A stretch of 64,000 nt of DNA from an uncultured Verrucomicrobiae bacterium (lineage in GTDB: Bacteria > Verrucomicrobiota > Verrucomicrobiia > Chthoniobacterales > JAATET01): NCBI GenBank assembly GCA_963719495.1, contig CAVRCI010000013.1, positions 320,001 through 384,000 of the forward strand, written 5' to 3'. Below, piece after piece: positions 47,807 through 61,000 of the stretch (positions are counted from its first letter, which is position 1; the number at the start of each line of letters is the position of its first letter). The notes under the pieces were generated by a model that saw only the letters and a program-made list of their open reading frames with translations, did not search any database and was not told the DNA's origin. A program made the position numbers and the translations under genes.

Positions 47807-48348
47807 GAGGGCAGCGGGGTCGGGGCGGGATCTTTTTCCTTTTTCACCTTCTCGATCTTCGGGCGTTTCGGGAGCTTCTCACCCTCTTTTCCGATGACGG
47901 GGAAATCGTATTGAAGCAGGTCGGCTTCCATCGGCAGGAGCCCACGCGGGATGGCGAAGAGGCCGTCCCGCACGGGCTGGTCGATGAAGAGATCCGTGAC
48001 GTGCCGACCATTGAAAAAGACGAGCAGGTAGGTGCCGCGCTTGGAGAGCGTTTGTTGTTCCAGCAGCTTCGCGCCGTGGGGCTCGAGTTGAAAATACGCG
48101 CCGAATGTGCCGCTCCCGGCGGGGTCCGGGAAGGCGTAGGCCGCGCTGACGTCCTTCTCGTTGAGCATCGGCATGGTTGCCATGTTCACGGTTTTTTTCG
48201 GGTAGATGAGTTCGACGGGTTTGGAGAATTGCCCACCCTCGGTGCCGCCTTCGGGGTAGACCCGCAGCGAGACGGCATTCTGTTTTTTGGCTCCGGCGGT
48301 CAGCGAGACGCACGCGACCGCGACGAGGAGCAGGGTGAGACGATGCAT
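47803..48348 (-). CDS. Hypothetical exported protein
   Basis: Signal peptide, host-like codon usage and coupling to the downstream gene. Confidence 0.65.
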   Translation of the reverse strand: MHRLTLLLVAVACVSLTAGAKKQNAVSLRVYPEGGTEGGQFSKPVELIYPKKTVNMATMPMLNEKDVSAAYAFPDPAGSGTFGAYFQLEPHGAKLLEQQTLSKRGTYLLVFFNGRHVTDLFIDQPVRDGLFAIPRGLLPMEADLLQYDFPVIGKEGEKLPKRPKIEKVKKEKDPAPTPLPS

Positions 48349-48416
48349 GGTCGCGGTGTAGCCCACGAGGATAGGATTTGCAACCGCCCGCGCACTGGGA
48401 TAACCGAGGGGGGACC

Positions 48417-49145
48417 ATGTTGTGCCGCCAATTTCTCATCCTCGCGCTGGCGACCGGCTCCCTCACGGCCTCGGCGCAGTCCGAGCAATCCGTCATCCCG
48501 GTCATCCCCGATGAGGAGAGTCCGTTCTTCGTCGTCCGCGATCCGGACTCCGAGCCGGGGACCCGTCGGAGCCAGCGTCAGAAGGGCGCGCAGGAATCCT
48601 TCCCGCGGAACAAGGGCTCGGATCGCAGCGCCGGCGAGACGTTTACCGGGTTTTTCACCGAGATGTTTGCGTCCGTCACGTTGCCCGGCGAAAAGAAAAG
48701 CTCCGGCAGCAAACTCGTGGTCGAGCCGTCCGAATTTTCGCTCGACGACCGTCGCGAGGTCGCGGTCGATTTCACGATCTACAACAAGACGAAGAAGCTC
48801 CTCCGGCTGGAATTTCCCACCAGTCAGCGCATTGAAATCGTGATTAAAGACCCCGCCGGTGCCGTGATCGAGCGCTGGTCCGACGACCGCGCCTTCGACG
48901 ATCAGGAAGGCATCGTGATGATCAATCCAGACGAGCGCGTCGAGTATCAGGAAAAAATCGCGACCCGCGAAATGGTCCCGGGCACGACCTACGTGATCGA
49001 AGCCTCCGTTGCGAACAACGAGGAATTCACCCGCACGACGACGGTCACTCCGACCGGCAAGCTCGAGCTACCGCCGACGCCGACGGCTCCGACCGAAGGC
49101 GAACAGCCCGGCGACGACAGCGCCGAAGGCCAGACCGCGACCTAG
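48417..49145 (+). CDS. Exported protein with BsuPI-like proteinase-inhibitor domain
   Basis: LEFPTSQRIEIVI and WSDDRAF motifs, plus a signal peptide. Confidence 0.7.
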   Translation: MLCRQFLILALATGSLTASAQSEQSVIPVIPDEESPFFVVRDPDSEPGTRRSQRQKGAQESFPRNKGSDRSAGETFTGFFTEMFASVTLPGEKKSSGSKLVVEPSEFSLDDRREVAVDFTIYNKTKKLLRLEFPTSQRIEIVIKDPAGAVIERWSDDRAFDDQEGIVMINPDERVEYQEKIATREMVPGTTYVIEASVANNEEFTRTTTVTPTGKLELPPTPTAPTEGEQPGDDSAEGQTAT

Positions 49146-49652
49146 GATGCCCCCCACCCGGCTCGTCGTCGACGGGATCGGATCCGGCATCACCGACCCG
49201 TCGAAGTAGTCGCGAGTCGCCTTGTGCCGCGCGACGAAGGTCACGCCGAAGACCGCCCGCAGGACGGTCTCGCTCACGAGCCAGCCCAGCACGCCACCGG
49301 GCAACGCATATTCCACCCGGTCGGTCATGCGCGTCCGCGCCCCGATCTCGATGGACTCGAATTCGTGCCGGTGCTGGAAGCTCGCGAAGGGCGATTCGAG
49401 AGCCCGGTCCCACAGCGCGACCGGATGCTCGGCCCGGTCCCAGACACCCTCCCAGCGGATCGGCACGAAGAATTGCGAAGCCTCGACACGGAAGGTCTCG
49501 CCGGCCACCGCTTCGGCGTTGGCCTCGATGTGGTGGACCCGGAGCGACGAAGGGCTGATCTTCACGAGGTTGTGCGGGTTCTCGTGGAAGGCGTAGACGG
49601 CTTCGATCGGGGCGTCGAGAATGGTGGATTTTTGGAAGACGGAGGTTTTCAT
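49068..49652 (-). CDS. SRPBCC family protein
   Basis: APIEAVYAFHENPHNL, PFASFQHRHEF and TRMTDRVEY motifs. Confidence 0.85.
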   Translation of the reverse strand: MKTSVFQKSTILDAPIEAVYAFHENPHNLVKISPSSLRVHHIEANAEAVAGETFRVEASQFFVPIRWEGVWDRAEHPVALWDRALESPFASFQHRHEFESIEIGARTRMTDRVEYALPGGVLGWLVSETVLRAVFGVTFVARHKATRDYFDGSVMPDPIPSTTSRVGGILGRGLAFGAVVAGLFAFGRSRRRRR

Positions 49653-49774
49653 GGTTGGAAATTCGCTTGACCCATTTTGCAGAACGCGTTTTCTGCCCTG
49701 CCAACAAATAATTGTTGCCAACGCGGGATGGCGATCCTATCTGCTACCCCACCGCACTAACCAAACCCAAACAA

Positions 49775-50020
49775 ATGTCCGAAAAATCCATCGAAGAAAA
49801 AGTCAAAGATATCATCGTCGAGCAGCTCGGCGTCACGCCCGAGCAGGTCACACCAGCCGCTTCGTTCATCGAAGACCTCGGTGCCGACTCGCTTGACACC
49901 GTCGAACTCGTGATGGCTTTCGAAGAAGAATTCAGCGTTGAAGTCCCCGACGAAGACGCGGAGAAGCTCCAGACCGTTGGCGACGTGAACAAATACATCG
50001 AAGAGCGCGTCAGCAAGTAA
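49775..50020 (+). CDS. acpP: Acyl carrier protein
   Basis: [20 protein letters not shown] motif. Confidence 0.98.
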   Translation: MSEKSIEEKVKDIIVEQLGVTPEQVTPAASFIEDLGADSLDTVELVMAFEEEFSVEVPDEDAEKLQTVGDVNKYIEERVSK

Positions 50021-50050
50021 GTGCCTCTTCGGTCGAACGACCGATTTTGG

Positions 50051-50082
50051 AACGGGCCGCGCCGCGAGGTGCGGCCCGTTTT
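50051..50082 (+). terminator. Intrinsic terminator after acpP
   Basis: Hairpin AACGGGCCGCGCC-GCGA-GGTGCGGCCCGTT followed by Ts. Confidence 0.8.
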
Positions 50083-50099
50083 GCGATTTGGTGAAGGGG

Positions 50100-50373
50100 C
50101 CTCGCGCAGAGACGCAGATGCGCAGAGGTGAAAATGCGAAGCATTGCCGCGTCCTCCGAAATGTCATTCTGAGCGAAGCGAAGAATCTCTGGCTTCTCAC
50201 CCTCGCCGCGCGCAAATGCGGTGTCAGTCAGAGATTGCCTTTGGATTTGGAGCTTCGGAAATGAAAGGCGGTCGGTGTCTCTTCGCTTCGCTCAGAATGA
50301 CCGTAGGGGGCTGGGAAAAGCTGCGCTTTCCCATTCTCTCCCAACCTTTTCCTCTCCGCGCCTCCGCGTGAGG
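50100..50373. repeat. Nested palindromic repeat elements
   Basis: Perfect inverted arms GTCATTCTGAGCGAAGCGAAGA (50163) and TCTTCGCTTCGCTCAGAATGAC (to 50301), inside outer CGCAGAG-unit arms. Confidence 0.8.
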
Positions 50374-50385
50374 AAAAATCCTCCC

Positions 50386-52332
50386 CTATTCGTCCGTCGC
50401 GCTCAACTTCGCGAGGACGCTGAAGTCCTCCATCGTCGTCGTGTCGCCGGTCACGTCGTCGCCGGCCGCGAGCTGCTTGAGGACCCGACGCATGATCTTG
50501 CCGCTTCGCGTCTTCGGGAGCGCTTCGGCGAAGCGGACTTCGTCCGGCTTCGCGATGGGTCCGATGATCTCGCCCACGTGCTTGCGGAGCGCTTCCTTGA
50601 GCACCTTCGTGGGCTTTTGACCCTCCTTGAGCGTGATGAACGCAACGACGCCCTGCCCCTTGATCTCGTCCGGACGACCGACGACCGCAGCCTCCGCGAC
50701 CGACGCGTGGGAGACGAGCGCACTTTCGACTTCGGCGGTGCCGAGACGGTGACCCGCGACGTTGAGCACGTCGTCGATGCGACCCACGATCCAGAAGTAT
50801 CCGTCCTTGTCGCGCCGCGCGCCGTCGCCGGTGAAGTAAGCGCCCGGGACTTCGCTCCAGTAGGTTTTCTTATAGCGGCCCTTCGCGCCGTAGATCCCGC
50901 GCAGCATCGATGGCCACGGCTTGCGGATCACGAGTTTACCGCCCTGATTCGCGGCGACTTCGTTGCCGTCGTCGTCGACGATGGCCGCGTCGACTCCGAA
51001 GAACGGGAGCGTCGCGGTGCCGGGCTTGAGCGGCGTCGCGCCGGGAAGCGGCGTGATCATGTGGCCGCCCGTTTCGGTCTGCCACCAAGTGTCGACGATC
51101 GGACAGCGACCGCCGCCGATTTTTTCGTGATACCACATCCACGCCTCGGGATTGATCGGTTCGCCGACCGTGCCGAGTAGGCGAAGACTGGAGAGATCGT
51201 GTTTGGCGGGCCATTCGTCGCCCCACTTGATGAAGGCGCGGATCGCCGTCGGCGCGGTGTAGAGGATCGTCACGCCATACTCGGCGACGAGTTGCCAGAA
51301 ACGATCCGGCTCGGGCCAATTCGGCGCGCCTTCGTAGAGCAGGCAGGTCGCGCCGTTCGCGAGCGGACCGTAGACCAAATAGCTGTGACCGGTGATCCAG
51401 CCCACGTCGGCGGTGCACCAGAAGACGTCTTCTTCCTTGAGATCGAAGACGTATTTCGTGCTCGTCGTCGTGCCGGTCAGGTAGCCGCCGGTCGTGTGAA
51501 GGATGCCCTTCGGCTTCCCGGTCGAGCCGCTCGTGTAGAGAATGAAGAGCGGGTTCTCGCTGTCGAATCCCTCGGCCGGACATTCGGTATTCACGTATTC
51601 CATCTCGCGGTGCCACCAGACGTCGCGACCTTCTTCGATGTGCGTGGGCGTGTTCGTGCGGCGAAAGACGATGACGCGACGCACCGACTTGTTACCCTTG
51701 AGCGCGTTGTCGACGTTCTGCTTGAGCGTCACGGTCTGGCCGCGCCGGTAGCCGCCGTCGGCGGTGATGACGAGCTTCGCTCCGCAATCGTGCACCCGGT
51801 CCTTGATGCTCTCCGAACTGAACCCGCCGAAGATCACGGAATGCACCGCCCCGATCCGCGCGCACGCCAGCATGGCGATCACCGCTTCCGGGATGAGCGG
51901 CATGTAAATGATCACGCGGTCGCCGCGCTTGACCTTGTTGCGCTTGAGGACGTTCGCGAATTTGCAGACCTCGCGGTGCAACTGGTGGTAGGTGAGCGTG
52001 CGCTTCTCGCCGGGTTCCCCTTCCCAAATGATCGCCGCCTTGTTGCGGCGCGGCCCGTCGAGGTGCCGGTCGAGGCAATTCTCCGCCGCGTTGATCTTCC
52101 CGCCGACGAACCACTTCGCGTCGGGGCACTTCCAATCCAGCACCTTTGTCCACTTTTTCTGCCAGTGGAGTTCCTTCGCCTGCGCGGCCCAGAATTTGTC
52201 CGGCTTGGCGATCGACTCGTCGTGGAGACGTTTGTATTCGGCCATGCTGCCGACGTGCGCGGCTTTGGCGAAGGCCTTGGAGGGTTTGAAGATGCGTTTC
52301 TCGACGAGGTGCGATTCGATGTTCTGGCTCAT
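50386..52332 (-). CDS. acs: Acetyl-CoA synthetase
   Basis: [21 protein letters not shown] and [12 protein letters not shown] motifs. Confidence 0.97.
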   Translation of the reverse strand: MSQNIESHLVEKRIFKPSKAFAKAAHVGSMAEYKRLHDESIAKPDKFWAAQAKELHWQKKWTKVLDWKCPDAKWFVGGKINAAENCLDRHLDGPRRNKAAIIWEGEPGEKRTLTYHQLHREVCKFANVLKRNKVKRGDRVIIYMPLIPEAVIAMLACARIGAVHSVIFGGFSSESIKDRVHDCGAKLVITADGGYRRGQTVTLKQNVDNALKGNKSVRRVIVFRRTNTPTHIEEGRDVWWHREMEYVNTECPAEGFDSENPLFILYTSGSTGKPKGILHTTGGYLTGTTTSTKYVFDLKEEDVFWCTADVGWITGHSYLVYGPLANGATCLLYEGAPNWPEPDRFWQLVAEYGVTILYTAPTAIRAFIKWGDEWPAKHDLSSLRLLGTVGEPINPEAWMWYHEKIGGGRCPIVDTWWQTETGGHMITPLPGATPLKPGTATLPFFGVDAAIVDDDGNEVAANQGGKLVIRKPWPSMLRGIYGAKGRYKKTYWSEVPGAYFTGDGARRDKDGYFWIVGRIDDVLNVAGHRLGTAEVESALVSHASVAEAAVVGRPDEIKGQGVVAFITLKEGQKPTKVLKEALRKHVGEIIGPIAKPDEVRFAEALPKTRSGKIMRRVLKQLAAGDDVTGDTTTMEDFSVLAKLSATDE

Positions 52333-52342
52333 GGGGAATTAA

Positions 52343-54676
<2,334 letters not shown>

Positions 54677-54814
54677 TCAAGCGACGACGCTCGCGGCGCG
54701 AAGCGCCCTAGCCTTGGATGGTAGGGACGGTCGCGCCGCGCCATCCGTCGCCATTTCGTGACGTCCTCGATCCTCCGATCAGCGCCGCCACGCCGCCCAA
54801 TCGCCCAACCCCGA

Positions 54815-55879
54815 TCAAGCCACCGTCACGCCGTCGCACAGATACACGTCCTGCACGGCGTTGAGAATCTTCACGCCCTCGTCCATCGGTCGCTGAAACG
54901 CCTTCCGCCCCGTGATGAGACCCATCCCGCCGGCGCGCTTGTTGATCACCGCCGTCGTCACCGCCTGTTTGAAATCGTCCTCCCCCGACGCGCCACCGCT
55001 GTTGATCAGACCCGCGCGCCCCAGGTAGGAATTCACCACCTGATACCGGCAAAGGTCGATCGGATGGTCGGTCGTCAGCTCGGTGTAGATCCGTTCGTCC
55101 AGCTTCCCGTAGCTGGAATCCCCCGAGTTCAGCGCCTTGTAGCCGCCGTTATTTTCCGGAAGTTTCTGCTTCACGATGTCCGCCTGGATCGTGCTGCCAA
55201 CGTGGTTCGCCTGCCCCGTGAGATCAGCCGACACGTGGTAATCCTTATCCTGCTTGAAAGCCGGATTCCGCAGATAGCACCACAGCACGGTCGCCATCCC
55301 GAGATCGTGCGCGTGCGCGAACGCCTCCGCGACCTCGACGATCTCGCGCGCCGCGTCGTCCGAACCGAAGTAAATCGTGGCCCCGACCGCCGCCGCCCCC
55401 ATGTCGTGCGCCTGCTCGATTGTTCCGAAGAGGATCTCCTGATGCTGATTCGGATAAGTCAGCAGTTCGTTGTGATTGATCTTCACGAGGAACGGGATCT
55501 TGTGCGCGTATCTCCGCGAGACCGCCCCCAGCACGCCGAACGTCGAGGCCACGGCATTGCACCCGCCCTCCATCGCCAGCTTCACGATATTCTCCGGATC
55601 GAAGTAGATCGGGTTTTTCGCGAAGCTCGCCCCCGCCGAATGTTCGATCCCCTGATCGACCGGCAGGATCGAAACGTAACCCGTCCCGGCCAACCGTCCG
55701 GAATTCAGAATCCAGTTCAGGTTGTTGAGAACCCGCTGATTCCGATTCGTCGGAGCAAAGATCCGATCCACCCAATCGCCACCCGGCAGGTGCAACAGAT
55801 CCTTGGAAACGGTCCCGCAAGAATGCCGAAGCAACGAATCCGCCGAATCACCAAGAGTCTCAACGATCGAATCAATCAT
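54815..55879 (-). CDS. fbaB: Class I fructose-bisphosphate aldolase
   Basis: [18 protein letters not shown] and [16 protein letters not shown] motifs. Confidence 0.95.
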   Translation of the reverse strand: MIDSIVETLGDSADSLLRHSCGTVSKDLLHLPGGDWVDRIFAPTNRNQRVLNNLNWILNSGRLAGTGYVSILPVDQGIEHSAGASFAKNPIYFDPENIVKLAMEGGCNAVASTFGVLGAVSRRYAHKIPFLVKINHNELLTYPNQHQEILFGTIEQAHDMGAAAVGATIYFGSDDAAREIVEVAEAFAHAHDLGMATVLWCYLRNPAFKQDKDYHVSADLTGQANHVGSTIQADIVKQKLPENNGGYKALNSGDSSYGKLDERIYTELTTDHPIDLCRYQVVNSYLGRAGLINSGGASGEDDFKQAVTTAVINKRAGGMGLITGRKAFQRPMDEGVKILNAVQDVYLCDGVTVA

Positions 55880-55898
55880 GGAGCGAATTTCATACAGT

Positions 55899-55997
55899 TT
55901 GTCCGCAAATTAAACAGATTAACGCAGGTTTCTATTCCTCTTCAGGTCATTCAGAACTCGAATTCAATCTGCGTCCCTCTGTTTAATCTGCGGACAA
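55899..55997. repeat. Imperfect palindromic element built of short CAGAT-type units
   Basis: TTGTCCGCAAATTAAACAGATTAACGCAG ... CTGCGTCCCTCTGTTTAATCTGCGGACAA. Confidence 0.75.
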
Positions 55998-56004
55998 CCT
56001 CACC

Positions 56005-57075
56005 TCAGTTCCGCCCCACGCAATTCAAATCCTCGAACGAAACCAGCAGCCGCTTCGTGAACGCCGCCTCCGCCGCACCGAGCCAGACCCGCGGATCGTA
56101 TTGCTTCTTGTTCGGCGCGTCCGGCCCCTTCGGGTTCCCGATCTGCCCCTGCAAATAATCGTGATTCGCCGCCTCGTATTCGCGAATCCCGTCCCAGAAT
56201 GCCCACTGCAGATCCGTGTCCAAATTCATCTTGATCGCCCCGTAGCCGATCGCCTCGCGAATCTCCGCCCGCGATGACCCCGACCCGCCGTGAAACACGA
56301 AATTCACCGGCTTCGGCCCCGTCCCGAACTTCTTCTCGATGTAGTCCTGCGAGTCCTTGAGGATCGTCGGCTTCAGCTTCACGTTCCCCGGTTTGTAGAC
56401 GCCGTGCACGTTGCCGAACGCCGCCGCGACGGTGAAGTTCGGACTCACCTTGCTGAGCGCCTCATACATCGCCGCGACTTCTTCCGGCTGCGTGTAGAGC
56501 CGCGCTTCGTCGACGTCGGAATTGTCCACGCCGTCCTCCTCGCCGCCGGTCACGCCCAACTCGATCTCGAGCGTCATTCCCATCTTCGCCATCCGCTCGA
56601 GGTAGCGGCAGCACGTCTCGACATTTTCCTCCAGCGGCTCCTCCGAGAGGTCGATCATGTGCGAGCTGTAGAGCGGCTGCCCCGTCCCAGCGAACGCCTT
56701 CTCGCTCGCGTCGAGCAGCCCGTCGATCCACGGCAGCAACTTCTTCGCGCAGTGGTCGGTATTCAAAATCACCGGAATCCCGTAGGCCTTCGCCGCCTGA
56801 TCGACGTAGGTCGCGCCCGCGATTCCGCCCAGCACCGGCCCCAGCTGATTGTCGCCCTTGATCGTCTTCCCGATGAAAAATTGCGCCCCGCCGTTGGAGA
56901 ACTGAATCATCATCGGCGAATTCACCTCGCGCCCCGCGGCCAGCGCCGCGTTCACGGAACTCGTCCCGATGCAGTTCACCGCCGGCAGCGCGAATTGCTC
57001 CGCCTTCGCCGTATCCAGCAATTCCTTCACCTCATCACCAAACAACACACCGGCCCGAAAACGTTTTTCGCTCAT
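56005..57075 (-). CDS. fbaA: Class II fructose-bisphosphate aldolase
   Basis: TDHCAKKLLPW, GGEEDG, FGNVHGVYKPG and FVFHGGSG motifs. Confidence 0.96.
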   Translation of the reverse strand: MSEKRFRAGVLFGDEVKELLDTAKAEQFALPAVNCIGTSSVNAALAAGREVNSPMMIQFSNGGAQFFIGKTIKGDNQLGPVLGGIAGATYVDQAAKAYGIPVILNTDHCAKKLLPWIDGLLDASEKAFAGTGQPLYSSHMIDLSEEPLEENVETCCRYLERMAKMGMTLEIELGVTGGEEDGVDNSDVDEARLYTQPEEVAAMYEALSKVSPNFTVAAAFGNVHGVYKPGNVKLKPTILKDSQDYIEKKFGTGPKPVNFVFHGGSGSSRAEIREAIGYGAIKMNLDTDLQWAFWDGIREYEAANHDYLQGQIGNPKGPDAPNKKQYDPRVWLGAAEAAFTKRLLVSFEDLNCVGRN

Positions 57076-57172
57076 GCCAATCGGTTTAGCACACCGTCCC
57101 GTCTTGCGCCCGACGAAAATTCATCGCATCACAGTCCCTTCACCATTCACCCCTCACCAATCACCAACTCCC

Positions 57173-57904
57173 ATGGGAAGACAATGGCTCCACGCCAAAA
57201 AAGAAGTCGCGCACCTGAAAAAAGGCCAGGCCGTCGGTAAGCTCGTCAAAGAAATCATGGTCGCCGCCAAGACCGGCGGCCCCGACCCCGAGTCGAACGC
57301 CCGCCTCTTCGCCGCCTGCGAGAAGGCCCGCAAACAAAGCGTCACCCGCGACGCCATCGAGCGCGCCATCAACAAAGGAGCCGGCATCGGCGACGACAAA
57401 GCCGTCTTCGATCACGTCGTCTTCGAAGGCTACGCGCCGCACAAAGTCCCCGTCATCGTCGAGGTCCTCACCGACAACATGAACCGGACCGCCCCCGAGA
57501 TCCGCGTACTTTTCAAAGCCGCCCAACTCGGCGCGCCCGGCAGCAACAAATTTCTTTTCGAATACGTCGGCCTCGTCGAAGCCCACCACCCCGACATCTC
57601 CATCGACCGCGAAGAAGCGGCCATCGAAGCCGGCGCCAACGAAGTCGAACCCCTCACCGCCGACGAGAACGACGACATCCCCGCCGACGCCGCCGGAGCC
57701 CGGTTCATCACCGAACGCACCGCGACGGCCGAAGCGTCGAAATGGCTAACCGACCACGGCTGGACGGTCGTCACCAGCGAACTCGGCTACGTCCCAAAGC
57801 AGTTCCCCGAATTAACCGAAGACCAAAGCACCGAAGCCGCGGAGTTCCTCGAAGCGGTGGAAAGCCACGACGACGTCCACCGAGTCTGGGCCGCACTCAA
57901 ATAA
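57173..57904 (+). CDS. YebC/PmpR family protein
   Basis: GGPDPESNARL, IERAINKG, EGYAP, LTDNMNRT and DDVHRVW motifs. Confidence 0.92.
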   Translation: MGRQWLHAKKEVAHLKKGQAVGKLVKEIMVAAKTGGPDPESNARLFAACEKARKQSVTRDAIERAINKGAGIGDDKAVFDHVVFEGYAPHKVPVIVEVLTDNMNRTAPEIRVLFKAAQLGAPGSNKFLFEYVGLVEAHHPDISIDREEAAIEAGANEVEPLTADENDDIPADAAGARFITERTATAEASKWLTDHGWTVVTSELGYVPKQFPELTEDQSTEAAEFLEAVESHDDVHRVWAALK

Positions 57905-57925
57905 ACGGGGGGGCGCAGCCCGCCG

Positions 57926-58004
57926 GGGGACCGCGACCTTCCAGGTCGCCGCTCCGGGCTTCCAGCCCGGAGCCACGTCCAAAACCGGCGAAGCCGCACT
58001 TCCC
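57926..58004 (+). repeat. Double-hairpin REP unit abutting the alaS stop codon
   Basis: GGGGACCGCGACCTTCCAGGTCGCCGCTCCGGGCTTCCAGCCCGGAGC...CCGGCGAAGCCGCACTTCCC. Confidence 0.9.
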
Positions 58005-61000
58005 TCACCCCGCCAAAACCCGCTCCGCCTCCGCCAGCGCCTCGCGCAATTTCGTCACATCCTTCCCGCCCCCACGCGCCGCTTCCGGTCGTCCGCCCCC
58101 CTTGCCTCCGACGACCGGCGCGATCGCTTTGATCACATCGCCAGCCCGAACCACCCCGACGAACTCCAGCGACACCGTCGCCACCAAGGCCACAACCCCA
58201 TCCGCCGCCCCCGCAAGCACCAACGCCCCCTCGAACCGCCCCTTCAGCGAGTCCGCCATCGCCTGCAACTCATCACCCGAAGCCCCCTCGATCTCCTCGA
58301 TGATCGCGGGCACGAGCAACCCCGCGCTTCGCACCCTGTCGAGCAGCGCACCCGCCGCCGCGGCCGCCTGTTTCTGGCGCAGCGCCGTCACCTGTTTTTC
58401 GAGATCCTTCTGTCGAGCCAACGTCGCCTCCAGCTTGCGCTCCAGCTCCACGACCGGCGCGCCCACCATCGCGGCCAGCGCCCCGAGCTGCCCGGCATCC
58501 GCCGCCCCGCGATCCAGCGCGACGAAACCCGCCACCGCCTCGATCCGCCGCACGCCCGCCGCGATCGCCGACTCCGCCAGAATCCGGAACGGCCCGATTT
58601 CGCCCGTCGCCCGCACGTGCGTTCCGCCGCACAACTCCATGGAATACCCGTCCAGCTCGCCCGCCGCCCCGCCAATCTGCACGACCCGCACGACGTCGCC
58701 GTATTTATCCCCGAAGAACTGCATCACGTCCGCGCGCCCCGCCACGTCGGCGTGCGGCACCTCGGTCCAACTTACCGGCGCGTTCTCGAGAATCCGTTCG
58801 TTCACCAGCCGCTCGACGTCGCGCACCTGCTGATCGCTCAGCGCCGCGCCGTTGAAATCGAACGTCAGCTTTTCCGCCCCCACGTAGGACCCCTTCTGCG
58901 AAGCCTCGCGGTTCACGACCTCGTGGATCGCCCAGTGCAGCAGGTGCGTGACCGTGTGGTGCCGCGCCACCGCCGCCCGCCGCTCGCAGTCGATCACCAC
59001 CGAGACCCGCGAGCCCGTTTCCGGCGCGTCGTCGCCGTCGATGAAGTGTAAAAACGTCGCGCCCGCCTTGCGCACGTCAGTCACCGACCAACTCGCCGCC
59101 CCGTGCGAGATAAGACCCCAGTCGCCGACCTGCCCGCCCATCTCCGCGTAGCAAACCGTCGCGTCAAGGACCACCGCCGTCCGGTCTTTCACCGCCACGA
59201 CATCCAGCACCTCGGCGTCCATTTCGTCCGTCTCGAACCCTTCGAACCGCGTCACCCCCGACCCGTCGAAACTGGCCAGACTGATCACCTCCTTCTTCTG
59301 AGCCGCCCGAGCCCGGCTGCGCTGCGCCTCCATCAACGTTTCGAAACCCGCCGTATTCACCGAGAGCCCCCGCTCCCGCGCCATCAGCTCCGTCAGATCC
59401 AGCGGGAACCCCTGCTCGTCATAGAGCTTGAACGCAAACTCCCCGGAAATCACCCCGGGAGCGCCAGCACCCCGGGGACCGCGACCTTCCAGGTCGCCGC
59501 TTCGAGCTTCCAGCTCGGAGCCACGTTCCAATCCCGGCGAAGCCGCACTTCCCGCACCCGCAGCCTCCGCCCGCCCCCGAAACCAAATCCACGAATAATC
59601 CTCCTCCGGTCCCACGACGTCCGACCGCCAGGGATTCGAAAGCACGTAGTGAAACTTTTCCTCCACGTCGGCATCCGACCGCATGAGCCGGTCGTGATAT
59701 TCGTTCTCCCAGAGTTGCTCCCCTTCTCGACCCTCCAGCTTGTTGACCTCATTCGCGGTGAACGATTTCAGCGAATGGAAAATCTCCGCCAGTCCAAAGA
59801 AGCTCGGCTCTCCAACGGCATCCCCGCCGTTGACCATAGGCTGAAGCAAAACGTGCACGTGGTCCGGCATCACGCAAGCCGCGTAGAGTTCGTAGCGTCG
59901 GCCATCGAAGTGCCGAAGCGAGTTCATGACGACGTCGCGCGCCGGCTCGGTCAGGATGCGATGGTCCCGTGTCGAAAAAGTCACGTGGTAGATGCCGTGC
60001 GGACGTTCGTAGTGCGGGAGGCGGCGTTTCCAGTAGCGAGCGCCCGCGGCGGGCGATTGGGGGGAAGCTCCGAGCTGGAAGCTCGAAGCAGCGACCTGGA
60101 AGGTCGCGCTCCCCAGCCTTTCGGCTTCGCTTTCGAACATCGCGATCCCGCGATCCAGCGTCCGATTGAACGCCTCCTCCTCCATGTGCAGCACCTCGCG
60201 AATGTGCCCCTGCTGCCGCCGCAACTCCGGAAAGACATCGCCCATCGATCGCACGACCACGTCCGACAATTTGTAGAAAAACGGCTCGTGAAACCCCAGC
60301 TCCCGCCCGTATTTCACCGCCCGCCGCAGGATTCGCCGCAGGACGTAATTTCGGTCCGAGTTCCCCGGCTGAATCCCATCCGCGATGGAAAACGTCAACG
60401 TCCGGATGTGATCCGCGATCACCCGAAACGCCACGTCACCCCGCTCCTGGTCCGATTCACCCGCCGACCCCGCCATCGGCAGAGTCGACCCGTATTTCCG
60501 CCCGCTCATCGTCTCCAGCTCGTCGAAGATCGGCCGGAAGATATCCGTTTCGTAATTCGAGATCTTCGCGTTCGCAAAATCCGTGAACCCCCGTGTCCCC
60601 TGAATGATCGAAGTCACCCGCTCGAACCCCATCCCCGTATCCACGTGCTGCGCCGGCAGCGGCACGAACGACCCGTCCGGATTCGCGTTGAACTGAATGA
60701 ACACGAGATTCCAAATCTCGATGCACCGCGCGTCCCCCGCGTTCACCAGCGACCCCCGCGTATCCCCGGCGGGCGTCAAATCGACGTGCAGCTCCGAGCA
60801 AGGCCCGCACGGCCCCGTCTCGCCCATCATCCAGAAATTATCCGCCTTGTTCCCGTTGACGATTTGCACCGCCGGATCGAGTCCCACCGCGCGAAAAAGC
60901 TCCGCCCAAAGATCCCACGCCTCCTGGTCGAACTCGCTCGGATCCCCTTCCCCCGGGGCGTAAACCGTCGCGTAAAGCCGCTCCGCCGGGAATCCCCACC

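Noticed and set aside
59474..60114. Intein in alaS
   Set aside because: No Hint-domain blocks or terminal His-Asn followed by Cys/Ser/Thr. The motifs are those of a HUH/Y1 transposase.
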